Source: Xylographa opegraphella (lineage: Eukaryota). From it: a stretch of DNA of 30,214 nucleotides. Below are positions 11,305 to 22,839 of the stretch, one piece after another. Location: contig JALDZX010000070.1 of NCBI GenBank assembly GCA_022813865.1, forward strand, positions 62,001 through 92,214. The letters run 5' to 3'. The notes under the pieces were generated by a model, which saw only the letters and a list, made by a program, of their open reading frames with translations, ran no database searches and had not been told where the DNA came from. The translations under genes were made by a program, and so were the position numbers. The stretch's first letter is position 1. Every line of letters starts with the position of its first letter.

Positions 11305-12497
11305 TGCTGTGAATTGAAAGAAAACAGCTGTAGATCACCGCCAAAAGCTTTGCCATGAGTATGGCTGATCCATGCAAACTTGATGCGAGTGCCTCTGCCG
11401 AGTTGTGCGTTGTGGGTAACCTCACGCGGCAAGGAGCTTCACAGGTATCTAGTTCCCATCCGCTAGTTCGTAAGGTGTTTTTAGGCTAGCTAGCTATCCT
11501 GACGTAATTTTATACGCTAGCCCGAAACAACAAAGATTGAATAGCACCTATCACGAGTCCAATCGTGCTTTCGAGGTACTATTCTCCCATTACGAATTCT
11601 TGATGGCGACATGACTACAATGTCCGGCGCACCAGTAAAATCCGATGAGGTCTTATCGCTGCCAAACGACCTCAGCGAAGAGAAGAAGAGCACTTCATAG
11701 AGGAACACACATGCGCCTCATCTTCTCTTGTGAAGGCCATTGACAGATATGAGACCTACTAGCAGCTCAGTAAAAGTCGATAATGTTGGGTCGTTCGGTG
11801 TTGGGTCCTACTACAACACGCCCCAGCTGTCGATGGACAGTGACTACTGTTCTCTAAAAATGTGTGGTAGTATAGTTACATCCGATTTCTGAAAGCTCTC
11901 TACGGACATACCGCTAACAGCTGACGTTTCTGGCCGTTAATGCGCTTTCTTGAGAAACGCTTTTGGCTGTCTTTCACCCCTCGAACTCACACCTTTGCTT
12001 TGGGATATTATGAGGCTTATGGAAGACAAAGAACTTCACAAAGCCAGACTCGGATGATGGCTGATTGCGAAGGCATGCTGTTTTCAATTCCTCGAACTTG
12101 ATCCTCGAAGGTGGTAAGGACAGAACTTGTTGGGCGGGGTTCCCGTCTGAGCTCCGCATGTAGTTCGCGCTTTTCTGCTTGCGAGATTCCTGTGTCTTTG
12201 TGGTCTCGTGTTTTCCTCAATGAATGTCCCATAATTGAAGCATGATGCTTGCAATTTGAAGGTTTTATGATTTTAGATGAGGATCCGAAAGGAGCTGAGA
12301 GACAAAGTTGTGAGCGACCAATGAACAGCTGTGCTTTGTTTAGTTGGGAACATGGTACGAGGCCATTAGTTGTTCAAAGTCCTCTGACAGACAGGTATAT
12401 CTAGTCCGACAACCAATTACTTTTTGATCATTTACCTGGCAGTGGGTGACTTTTATCGATTGGGTGAACTTGATCATTACTTACCCAGATACCTAAG

Positions 12498-13610
12498 ATG
12501 TGTATAAGGTGTGCTATCAAGGAGTTTCATCCTGTATGGCATTGCACCAGGACACGATATTTCCTTGAATGTTACCATGTTGTGGAAACTCAACCATCGG
12601 ACTGTGCATATAACTGTAGGAATGTTCCGCGGGTCCAGCCTAGAGATCCACATCATGTCTGTCGTGCATGTGATATCCAGGAGAGTCTTTTCCAGTTCCT
12701 CCATGCACTCTATCCGATCACCGCGCTTGAGGACCAAATACTCGCGTAGACGAGTTTCGGGTCCGGCTCCAGCACGGGAGAGCTCCAAACAATGAGAGCC
12801 GAACTTCGGGACCAAAAGGAACAACTACGAAGGATAACACCTCGCATGTTTTGGATGGCTTACTCGCGGAACGGTTCATGGCAATTACATAAGCTATTGT
12901 TCCAAATGTGGCGAGCTGCACGAAGAAGAAAACGAGCTGCAAGACGTCAGAAGTACAAGGCCTGGTTGGATAAATGGGAACGCAAATCGGCCATGTACTA
13001 TGCGAAAGGGTTACATTATATCCGCAAGAGGCTTCCTCACGTCGTCGTGAAGAAAATGTCAGAGCGACCATCTCGCTTCGAGGCTTACGTACAAACCAGA
13101 GCACCAGTTAACGAGCCGTACGAATTGACAGAGCTTAGGTACCGCATAGGCATCGTCAACAAGATTATGACACATTGTGGGTATATGCCGGAACGGGGAT
13201 GGGAAGATGCGGATGAGGAGAAAATAAGAATTTGGACACATCTAGCCAGGAAATTTTCTCCTTGCTTTGCGGAAGCCCTTCCATTGGACATACCAGAACA
13301 ATTTCAAGACATCGTAAATAATTACGTGGACGACCCTTTGGTTCCTACCGATTTTTTCCCAGAATTGGTAGATGAAGTAATGAATAGCGATGGTGAGCTG
13401 GAGGACGAAGTGGATCTATACTTGCCAGGGGGTGACAGTTACTGGGGAAGCATCAATGGATCGATGGACGATGTACGACGTCTACGACTACAACCATTTG
13501 GTCCACATACGGATGTTGATTTAGCCATACGAGAAACGGAAGAATTTGACCTACCGCCTGGTCGATTGCTGAATAGTGGTTTAACGCCATCTGAGCCCCC
13601 ATCCCAGTAG
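12498..13610 (+). pseudogene. Orphan gene with N-terminal Cys/His motif, interrupted by an in-frame TAG at 12747-12749 (or intact from ATG 12792)
   Basis: ORFs 12498-12749 and 12792-13610 are in the same frame and separated by one TAG. The N-terminus has CxxC, C-x9-CYH, CxxxC and CxxC. Downstream is a basic helix followed by an acidic region. Confidence 0.5.
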
Positions 13611-15439
13611 CTCTAACTGATCCGGAGTTATCCGATGAAGAGGAATGGCCCTCCGATACAGACTCACCCCATCCACGTTAATTATAATTCAATTTTATCT
13701 GGACTTGGTCCAGATGACGTCGATGAAACTTCCTGATGATGTTTAAGAGAAGCTAACCGGACGAACTTTTCGGTGCGGTACGACAAAATCACTGAGAGAG
13801 AGCAGAACTGGCAAACGCAATTGGAATCATACCAAAAACGGGACAATGAAACTCTATCAGATGCAAATGATGAATAAGTTTCCCGTGGATCGTGGAGGTC
13901 CCTACTCGGACTGGAGAAAGGTAGAGGTGGCGTGCATCAAACATTTTGATTTACTTAGAGACATCATGCACCTATTCCCAGAGAAATACCAGTCATTCTA
14001 CTGCAAAGTCAGTAGAAAATCAGATCACAACCTAGACATTACATACAGAGTTTCGTCTCACTTCGTCGGATGTGACCTACCATGGAATGGAATTGGTACT
14101 GGGGAATATATCTTGTACATTGGACCTAATCTATCATTACTCTTCTCGTTGCGCAAGTCCTCTGGAGTCTAGTTCTAGGTTCTCTTCGTCTGGATTTGAT
14201 AGAGTTAAATCAATGATGCTATTAACAGGTGCCAATACTGCAAGGCTGCGGTTGATGCGATATCTCTACGATACACCCACAACGAGTAGCGTCAACATTC
14301 TATCTCCCATATGCGAATTGTATTGTGAAATGTTTATCTAGATTCGCCCATAGGCCCACTGCTTGTGATTGTTGTTGTTACAAGGTTTAGGGTTGCCCCT
14401 GCACGTGATGAATTACTAAGCTTGCATCTCATTCCCACGTTGAAGGCCACTGTGAACAAGACAAATTGTGCGAGCACGCACACTGCTCGACTGGCGTAAT
14501 AAGAACAGATTTTGACCGCAATATATCATATAAGTGGACAAGAAGGAGTAGGCCGACTGTACCTCTCTACAGAATTTACTATAGGATTCTGGAGGGGCGA
14601 GGAAACCAAATTAGGCGTAAAGTCAGTAGAGCTAGACCTGAGCGTTATCGGCGATATCGCTCATAGCTTTGCGATTCGTACTTGAGAAGCAAGTTAGTGA
14701 ATCTACAAGCGGGTCTTATTAGCATTAGTAGTTGACCCGATGACCGTGCGCAGACATATATATGATTGACTACAGGAGCTTCGGGCAGTGGCAACCACAA
14801 TACGTTGAGGAGATTATCTTCCGAGCTGCTCAGAAATAGCCGCATACTGGCTCAGTTTGGGAGCAAGGGAAAAGGTCCTGGTGAAGTGATGGCATCCTCT
14901 AGCTATGCAACATTGAGTACAGGTATTCGATGATATAAAACAAGGAGTTATCAGACGGCGCACACCCATTCAAGAATCTGGTGCATGTGAAAGTAGAAAG
15001 AAGTGGTGCTTGACTAATGCAATTTGCGGATATGACCTCCAACACAGAGGCGAGTACGAATTCTGATTCTCGCGTGGTAGCTTTTCGCTTCGAAAGCGAC
15101 CTTCATGCAGACGCTTGTGCTCACTGGTCCGAAGTCACTTTTGCAAGCAACCATCGCAGGCTAGATTGCAGCAAAGGTACTGTCTGGTGTTCTCGTTTCT
15201 TTCCCTAACATTTGACTGACCATAGCAGTTGCTTCGCGTGTGTCGACATCGTGTAAAAGGGTTTGGCTGATGTCTTTATGTTCTCCTTGAGGTACACTAA
15301 CTCTATTAGTTGGTTCGAAAGACGTCTTGCACACGATCATCACAACAAACATTATATTCGAAGGTACCATCTGATCCGTTTCTTTACTCCCCTAGTCTTT
15401 GACTGAAGTGAACATCAGCTCCATTAGGACATCTGCAGA

Positions 15440-16369
15440 ATGTGGTCTGCAATCTCAGAATTGTCGAGGGGTGCACTATTTCGAAGCCGCACCAATGTTT
15501 CCGTTCCAACAACGACGCTGCACATGGTTCCTGCGCCAGAACGTGATCCCAATGGAATGCCTATTGTTTATGAAGAGTACAACCTGGATAGAGACATTCT
15601 GTTAGAAGCACTTACCGATGTCTCTGACTACATCCACAGCCACAACAAGCATATCACGATGTTAGTATATTTCCATATGAACTCTTTGATTTCTGCGTGA
15701 CATTGACATCCGAGAGATGATTCTGGGATGTTCAGACACTGAGATCTTGCATGCTGGACATACGTCCAAAACTCTTCGTACACTTATCAGTCCCGATTAT
15801 TAGAGGCATGCTGACAGCAATATCCTTATAGTGTGGCCATAGGGGGCGCAGTCAATGTCATGATGCTCAAATCGCGAAAATTCACTCACGATATCGACTT
15901 TTTTATCGCAGATAGCACGAATGAAGATGCCGAAATGCTTCGTGATGCCGCCAAACAAGCCACCCTTCGAACCAAAGTGAAGCTCGGCGGTAATTGGTTG
16001 AACAACTCGGTAGCCCTCATGATTCCTCGTGCTCTTCGAGCAGAGCTTGTACTAGAAGCCATCGAACAGAATGATGTGCTCCATCGTGGATACGGACTGA
16101 CAGTTATAGCTGCTCCGTGGAAGTACGCACTTTGTATGAAGCTGAACCGCATAGCTGCACATAAAGATAAATTGCATGACCCAAAGGACGCGGCAAGATA
16201 TTTTAGAGAACATATCATCAGGGAAGGACTTAACCAAGTGACAGTGAAAACAATTCAAGAGTGGGCAACATATTATACGACGCAAGCTCCGGTAGAAGCC
16301 ATTCGTAAGATGGACATCAGTTATTACACTGTTTTCATGGAGCACGGGGTTTTGTTGGAGCATGATTAA
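15440..16369 (+). CDS. Pol-beta superfamily nucleotidyltransferase-like protein (AbiEii/DUF6036-like motif). Exons 15440-15660 and 15832-16369
   Basis: Intron 15661-15831 (GTTAGT..GCTGAC..TAG) gives ...LLEALTDVSDYI..HITIVAIGGAVNVMMLKSRKFTHDIDFF...NWLN...MKLNR...HDPKDA. This contains the GG, R-x-x-T-x-DxD, K-x-x-R and terminal D-x-x-D motifs. Confidence 0.75.
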
Positions 16370-16371
16370 GT

Positions 16372-16407
16372 GACAGAACAGACAGAACAGACAGAACAGA
16401 CAGAGCA
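16372..16407. repeat. 9-bp tandem repeat (GACAGAACA), ~4 copies
   Basis: gacagaaca x3 followed by gacagagca, directly after the stop codon. Confidence 0.85.
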
Positions 16408-16432
16408 GGTCATGCTTAAAGAGACAACAAAA

Positions 16433-16529
16433 GAGACGAGACAAGGCCTTACTTTGAATGAACATACGATTGAAGAGGAGACGAGACAAGGCCTTACTTT
16501 GAATGAACATACGATTGAAGAGGAGACGA
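16433..16529. repeat. Exact 45-bp tandem duplication plus a 7-bp partial third copy
   Basis: GAGACGAGACAAGGCCTTACTTTGAATGAACATACGATTGAAGAG at 16433 and 16478, then GAGACGA at 16523. Confidence 0.9.
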
Positions 16530-17064
16530 AAAGCCAGGCCTCATGAGACAAGGAGGACGTAAGGTAGTCGGCAGGGGTTGATCCATCAGTACGCAATATG
16601 TCTCATGGGGTGAGTCAGAAAATGAATGGTCGTCGACAAGCACGCTCCTCTAGCGTGACTACTACTACCACGTCTTGCGCGTACTCCTCGGAGCGCCTTT
16701 TGGATAGCCACTATCTCGGCCCGTCTACCTCCGTACCAATCATCATGGTGTTTTGCCGAGGATTCAACATCAACAACTCCAATCATCCAACACTCACCTA
16801 CAATTTCAAACCATGAACTCTTCTTGTTCAAAATCAGAAGAGTAGTACCGATGACCTCTTCCAGCAAGATCGTCGAAATACTCTTAAGGCACTTCTGTAT
16901 TCCCACGACTGCACTCTGACCCACTACATTGACATTTCTCTTCTGTGAATCCTGGCCATTAGAAAAATCATTCTTGTGTTACTGCTTCAAAGCATCGATT
17001 AGGACTCACAAACCTTATTCATTTCTTTTTCCTACAAAGAAAGAAAAACAGCACTACACCTACC

Positions 17065-17997
17065 ATGAAGACACTTCATCATCAGCCTTCGGGCCCGATA
17101 TCTCAGCATGCATCCCCTTCAAGGCCATTGCCGACTCTTGCAGTCAAGCTCTACAAGTGGTGTGGAATTACCAAGCTTCCAACAGTACCTGAACACCCAA
17201 TTACAGTGGTCTGCATATCAGACACTCACAGCTCTCAACCAGTAGTCCCTGAGGGCGACCTTCTCCTACATGCTGGCGATCTTACTCAGTCCGGATCTTT
17301 CAGCGAACTCCAAGATCAACTTGATTGGCTCAACACACAACCTCACAAGTACAAAGTTGTGATTGGAGGCAACCATGACCTACTCCTCGACCCCGTTTTC
17401 ACCGACAGGTTTCCAGAGCGGATCTACGAGAGACCTGGGAGCTGCCGCGCTGACCTCAAATGGGGCAACATCATCTATCTTGAAAAAGGATCAATCAAAC
17501 TCGACTTCGTCAACGGACGCTCACTCAACATCTTCGGCTCACCATTGACACCTCAGTTTGGCAACTGGGCTTTCCAACACCCACCAATCCGGGACGTGTG
17601 GACCAACGTCATCCCGAAGGACACAGACATACTTCTAACACATGGACCCCCAAAGTGCCATCTCGATCTCGGAGGTAAGGGAGACCCATTTCTGACAAAA
17701 GAACTCTGGCGTACGCGGCCTAGCCTGGTCGTATTTGGACACCTGCATGCAGCTCGTGGGGAAGAACTCGTTGTTTTCGATGGTATACAGGCTTCCTACG
17801 ATAGCATAATGATGGGTGAAAAAGGCTACTTATCCTTGGTTGGCATGGCATTGCTTTCTGTCTACCATAAAGCAGTCGGGCATCTCGGAATGGGGCGAGG
17901 AACATCCAAGTCCAAACCTACGAGACTGATCAACGCCGCAATTGTGGGCGATAAAGTAGACATGAAACCAAGAGACGGGATAGCAGTTACTCTATGA
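17065..17997 (+). CDS. Calcineurin-like metallophosphoesterase (MPPED1/239FB-type)
   Basis: All metal motifs are present: VVCISDTH, LLHAGDLT, IGGNHD, LLTHGPP, VFGHLH, LINAA. Confidence 0.92.
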   Translation: MKTLHHQPSGPISQHASPSRPLPTLAVKLYKWCGITKLPTVPEHPITVVCISDTHSSQPVVPEGDLLLHAGDLTQSGSFSELQDQLDWLNTQPHKYKVVIGGNHDLLLDPVFTDRFPERIYERPGSCRADLKWGNIIYLEKGSIKLDFVNGRSLNIFGSPLTPQFGNWAFQHPPIRDVWTNVIPKDTDILLTHGPPKCHLDLGGKGDPFLTKELWRTRPSLVVFGHLHAARGEELVVFDGIQASYDSIMMGEKGYLSLVGMALLSVYHKAVGHLGMGRGTSKSKPTRLINAAIVGDKVDMKPRDGIAVTL

Positions 17998-19848
17998 GAG
18001 GCACCATAACGATAATGATGCGGTTCTACTTACCAGGACCAGCGTATCAAGAACATTTTCAAGCCTTGCTGGTATGTTGTACCAAAATCTCTCGGCATCT
18101 TCTGTCGACAATGGACAACTTTTTCGACATTCGGTCTGGTTGCATGTTATGCCTTTGGACATGGTGGTTAACCTATGAGCTGCATGCTCAAAGATGTACT
18201 CATAAAATCGGTGGATCGCTTTGCAGAAGTTGGTCTTCGAGGAAGGGAAAATGTATCAGGTAATACTTGACGCTCATGTGGTTGTCGCCATAGCCAGCTG
18301 GAGCACAGCAAGATCTGCGAATGATCCTTTTGCTTATCGAAGCGTCATCTCCAAAGTGTATACACGTATCTGACTAGTTGTAAGCACTACTATCAAAAGA
18401 TGTCAACCAAAAAATCATGCCATACCACCGGGTGAGATGGGAGTAGCGGTCTATTGCATAGTAAAATAATCGATCTGCTTACAGCTCCAGCTGATTTGGA
18501 TTGTTCTAACTGGTCTTCGAATTACAGGTTCGCTTCACTGCCTATAATGCTCATGTGTGCCCAAGTTTATGTAATTCATCTGTGCTACTCGTGTGCCCAA
18601 AAAACTACTTTAAAGCCGAGGATCAGGCACATTATTCCTATCATTGAACTTCCGCACTATACCCATGAATCACAATTACGCGTCGGCTTATCCAGAATAT
18701 CGATCTCTGCGGGAGTAGACATGGTCGGAAGATGAGCACTAAGTATGCAAAACGCGTACTGTTCGAGGCTATTCCTTGTTTGTCAATTATGTAGCCAAAC
18801 TTTACTGAAGGCCGACGTGGTCTCCATCCGTCCTAGAACACAAAGATCTACGGAATTTACAATATAAGACCATTCGTAGCAGCCGTTCCTGGTTTGGAGC
18901 AGTTCTGATGATGTATATTTCCATAAACCACGACCTTCGAGCTATTGAATGATCGCGGCCCGATAGCAGCGCGACGCCAGATACGGATTAGCGCAGAAAC
19001 TATCGTCATGATTAGCCCTAAGCGTGTTTACCTTGGAGTGATACTGCGCTGGCGCTATCTCTGGTCATTTTGGTGCGATCAATCATCGCAAGAGGTAGAA
19101 ATGATTATTCCATGTTCGACCCCAGAAGCCCTTATGCCAGATTCAATCCCATATATGTTGGTTGCCTAGGCAACGCCACCAGAAACAGTCAAGCAGAGGA
19201 TTTCAGTCTGGAATATCCAGGAACGAAGTCTCCCGAGTCCCCCTCACCGTGACATGATGAGTTCCACTCGCCTGCTAATTATCTATGATAGGATACGTGA
19301 AGCTTTGCCGCTGCTTGATCTTTCCGTGTTCCATTTCACTACATTCCTAGCTCTGGGCCTTTTCTTTTCTCTGCTCATGGATGTAGAATGCTAGAACGAC
19401 TTCTATCCTAAAAACCCTCTCGGGTACAGCTTTTTCGATCATCACACAAATCTCAACTTACCGTATAGAAGCGTCTATAGAGAACGTCTTGGCGCTGATT
19501 ATGCCATTAGATTATGGTGGAATTATCAAGCCCCTACCTGCATCCTCTCCTCAGGTATGTTATGCTCAGCTTCTGGGGACTTGGGATCACCCAGATCCAG
19601 GATTACTAAGACGAAGCATTCTCCGAGGTTACAAGCTTTATTAATCTTCTCTGGAGAGCCCGAAGCGTGAACTCTACATCTCTAACTGCGTGAGGTTGGT
19701 CATATTTCGAAGATTGAGATAAGAATAATACCGTGCTTTGCAGCGTGCCAAGACAAGACAAATTTTTGGAGTACCGTAGGTAAGATAGATAGCGTGGCAC
19801 GTCCATACTGGTCCGTCTTCGTTTGTATCCTTCCATGGTCTATGCTTC

Positions 19849-21272
19849 CTATTTCAAAGGACCATAGGTCGATGCCCAAGAATCATAGTCTTCAGATAAC
19901 ATCAACTGCTGCATGTGTCACCGCCTGATCCCAACATTCCCTCCGTCAAATATCGGCAGCACCATAGCCGTTTTCAACAGACCTGCAAACGGCTGGTCCG
20001 CATCGTATGCAGTACTACAGCGCAATAGTCAGCCATTTGAAGGTGTCCTTGTAGCAAAGGACTGAAGCCGCACATTCCAACCACACTGATTGCCTCCGTG
20101 ACAACCCGCGTGCACGTATCCGAGCAATAGATCTTCGCCGCCAGCGCCAACTCACGTCTAGCGTTATAATTGCCTGGTCCGTTCTCGAGACAATTCGCCG
20201 CTTTCCATGTCAGCGCTCGACAGGCTTCGGTTTGCATCTTGATGCCGCCCAACAGGTCTGCCACCGCTTGCCTCGTCAGCAACTCCGAGGCCCCTCGGCG
20301 GTTGTCGCGTTTTGCGAACGCCAATGCGGCATCGAAAGCGGCCTGCATGATACCGACACTCATTGCGCCCACCAAAACGGCGGTACTGTCAAATGCGGCC
20401 GAGACAATAGCTGCGCCAGTCCCTGGTGGGCATAAGATGTTCTTGGTCGGTACTCTGAGGTTCGTGTATTTGATGTGGGGGCCTGAGCAGGCCGTGTGGC
20501 CGACTGTGGAGACTTGGCCCAGGACTTTGAAGGCGCCTGGAGCATTGCGTTTGATGTCTGCAATGGTGACAAGGAGAATCATGATCGCATCGGCAGGCTC
20601 TTCGGAGCTTGGGGTCGTAGTTCGGCAGACAACGCATTGTAAGTGTGCACCTTCAAAGTCCCAGCCAGCGCTGTTTGTGGCCCATATCTATACTTTGGCT
20701 CAGCCACCGGAAAATAGGTTGTAGGATAAGTGTCGAGATCAGATTGGTTGTGAAGAATTGCTTATATTTATCTTTTCTCCGTTGAGCACCCACTCATCCC
20801 CTTCGAGTGTCGCTGTTGAGAGAAGGCCTGGAGCACCTTTCTAGAGATAATTTGCGACACCTCCAGGTTCCGAAAATACCAAGCTTGCCAAAGGCTCCCC
20901 GTCTCCACTCAAAAAGGGTGCCAAGAATTCCTTATGCTCTGGCTTTCCCGCCAAGTTGAGGGGTGTTATTCCAAGCCCAGTCGAGAAAATTGTCAACGAC
21001 ATTGAAGGTTCAACTGAGTACATCTCTTCGACCAAAATGGCTGCCTCGATCAGAGTGCCTCCAGCTCCTCCCAAATGGGGCGCAATTTGGCCTTTGATCA
21101 ATCCTTCAGCAACAGCTTGATGGTAAGTAGGCCGCGTTGACTGAAATCTTTGTTGGTGGCTCTGGTATTTCATATAAGTCTTTCTAGCATCTTGAAGTGA
21201 ACCTGCCGCAAAGGCAGAGGCAGCACTGCGGATACTTTGCTCCGATGTGGAGAGGTGAAAGTCAATAGGCAT
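19849..21272 (-). pseudogene. Nitroalkane oxidase (acyl-CoA dehydrogenase superfamily) pseudogene. Exons 21272-20772, 20687-20074, 20014-19849
   Basis: It is colinear with Fusarium NAO: RFQSTRP..GLIKGQ, EPLASLVFSEPGGVAN, NGEK|IWATNSAGWD, SGPH, PIFDGGNVGIRR, W..TYG. Lesions: TAG at 20843-20841, intron donor reading ATAAAT at 20771, and TGA at 19920-19918 in place of an Arg. Confidence 0.88.
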
Positions 21273-22007
21273 AATAGCAAGGTACGATATTTTGAGCCGT
21301 CACTGATGCTTCCAACTTGCCGGCTTTATAGGTCATTACAGAGGACGAGGTCAAAGCGTCAGAGGGTGCTCTTTGTGTCTTCTACACCGACCTGCACGTC
21401 AGAGAATATTATGACTCGTATTTGCTGACTGTGTCAGAAGAAGCGCTACACCATCTCAAAGACAATTCAACGTGCCATCAGCCTATCGACCAATGCCGAG
21501 TGTTTGCGCCCGTAAGCTACATGCTCTTGCGTAAGCGTATTATACCTTAATGATTGCAATCCTATATTGCTCGCACTATGGCGATTAGAGCTGCACGTTC
21601 TTGCATATTGCTGCCTTTATCAGCTGCTCGAGCTCACCAAGCGGAGTCCGAAATCTAGCCCTGAATAAGTTGTCTCTCTCCAAGCATGGAAACCTCCGAG
21701 CGGGGTCGCTCGAAGTTTTCAGATCATATCTCAATTCTGCTATCGAGAATGGTTCTCTCGAAAGCGCTTTCATCATTTCAGATGGATATACAAGGATGCT
21801 CCTCTGAAAGGACATGAAGGTAGTCAATGAGTTCTGGATAGTGTGCCAAGGCGCTAAGGTCTTGTCGGCGCGATTCGAGGCTATGTCAAGAACAGCAACA
21901 GCTTCTGAAAAGATACGTTCCAGCATCCAGCGCGGCTGCGCACGCTGTAATACCGCTGGGCTCGTATCTCGGCCTCTCTTCCGCAAGTTCCAGCGTCCAT
22001 ACATGCC

Positions 22008-22445
22008 ATGTCCTCTTCCAATCGCCCACCTTCCAAATCCCCTTTCGAGCAGCAGCGCGCTGCCCTCGTTGGAGAAATCGCCACCGTAAACAACCCTTTC
22101 TCAACTATTCGTCATAAAAAAATGCAAATCAGCTGACGTGTCATGTTTGCGCACGTAGGCTCTCGAAAACGTTCTGCAAAACATGAATAAGCTAAACCGG
22201 TCGCTGGAGGGGATCATTGCAGTGAGTGGTTTCTGTGATTTTATACATACCCGGCTGGGGAGCAGGGCTGAATTGATAGTTGAATTAAGGTAGGGGATGA
22301 GTTTGGGTCGGTGGAGGCTTTGTGGTCGCAGTTTGAAGGTGTGATGGCCAAGGAGGGTGAGGGGTTGGAGGAGCGGGCAAGAGAGGTAGAAGAGGGGAAT
22401 GGAAAGGAGGAGAACGAGACGATGAGGCTGGATGATAAGACATGA
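22008..22445 (+). CDS. DAD1: DASH/Dam1 complex subunit Dad1. Exons 22008-22085, 22159-22221, 22290-22445
   Basis: The spliced product MSSSNRPPSKSPFEQQRAALVGEIAT|ALENVLQNMNKLNRSLEGIIA|VGDEFGSVEALWSQFEGVM... carries the Dad1 signature. Both introns are GT-AG and phase 0. It is not in the ORF track. Confidence 0.93.
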
Positions 22446-22839
22446 TGGGCCGGTGCAAATGCTCAAGGGGATGAAACCATTACAGGCTGATGGGACGCTT
22501 GATATGTTTGTAGAACCACAAAACTTCGAGACACGATCTGACGAATGTCCAAAGGCTACGAGTCAGGGCAAATTTGGAGAAGCCATATTCCGACCACCAG
22601 ATCATGAAGAAAGGGCCTCAAATCATAAATACTCGTGTACGGACCCCAGCTGGCACGCTTTTGCAATCAAGCAACGCCACTTGCTACATACAAGAACATC
22701 GATATCGGAAAAGAAAAGATCAGAGCCTGGTACCACACAACCTGGAGCCGGGTCCAAGACTAATCAATTCGTATAGATCATTGCTCCATACAATGCATGA
22801 TCATAACTATACAGGACTCCGTGCGGCCGTTCGCGGTAT

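Noticed and set aside
13846..14341. Short ORFs downstream of the Cys-motif gene
   Set aside because: They could be gene remnants, but no consistent frame, splice model or motif could be built.
14387..14394. TTAGGGTT as a possible telomerase RNA template or telomeric seed
   Set aside because: An 8-mer is expected by chance in 30 kb. No pseudoknot or CR4/5 elements were identified.
16433..16529. CRISPR-like appearance of the repeats
   Set aside because: The copies are head-to-tail with no spacers, the context is eukaryotic, and there are no cas genes.
18900..19260. Short ORFs that might be a decayed gene
   Set aside because: No recognisable similarity or splice structure.
21585..22004. 139-aa minus-strand ORF directly upstream of dad1
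   Set aside because: It starts 4 bp from the dad1 ATG, across its promoter, and has no motif, so it is unsupported.
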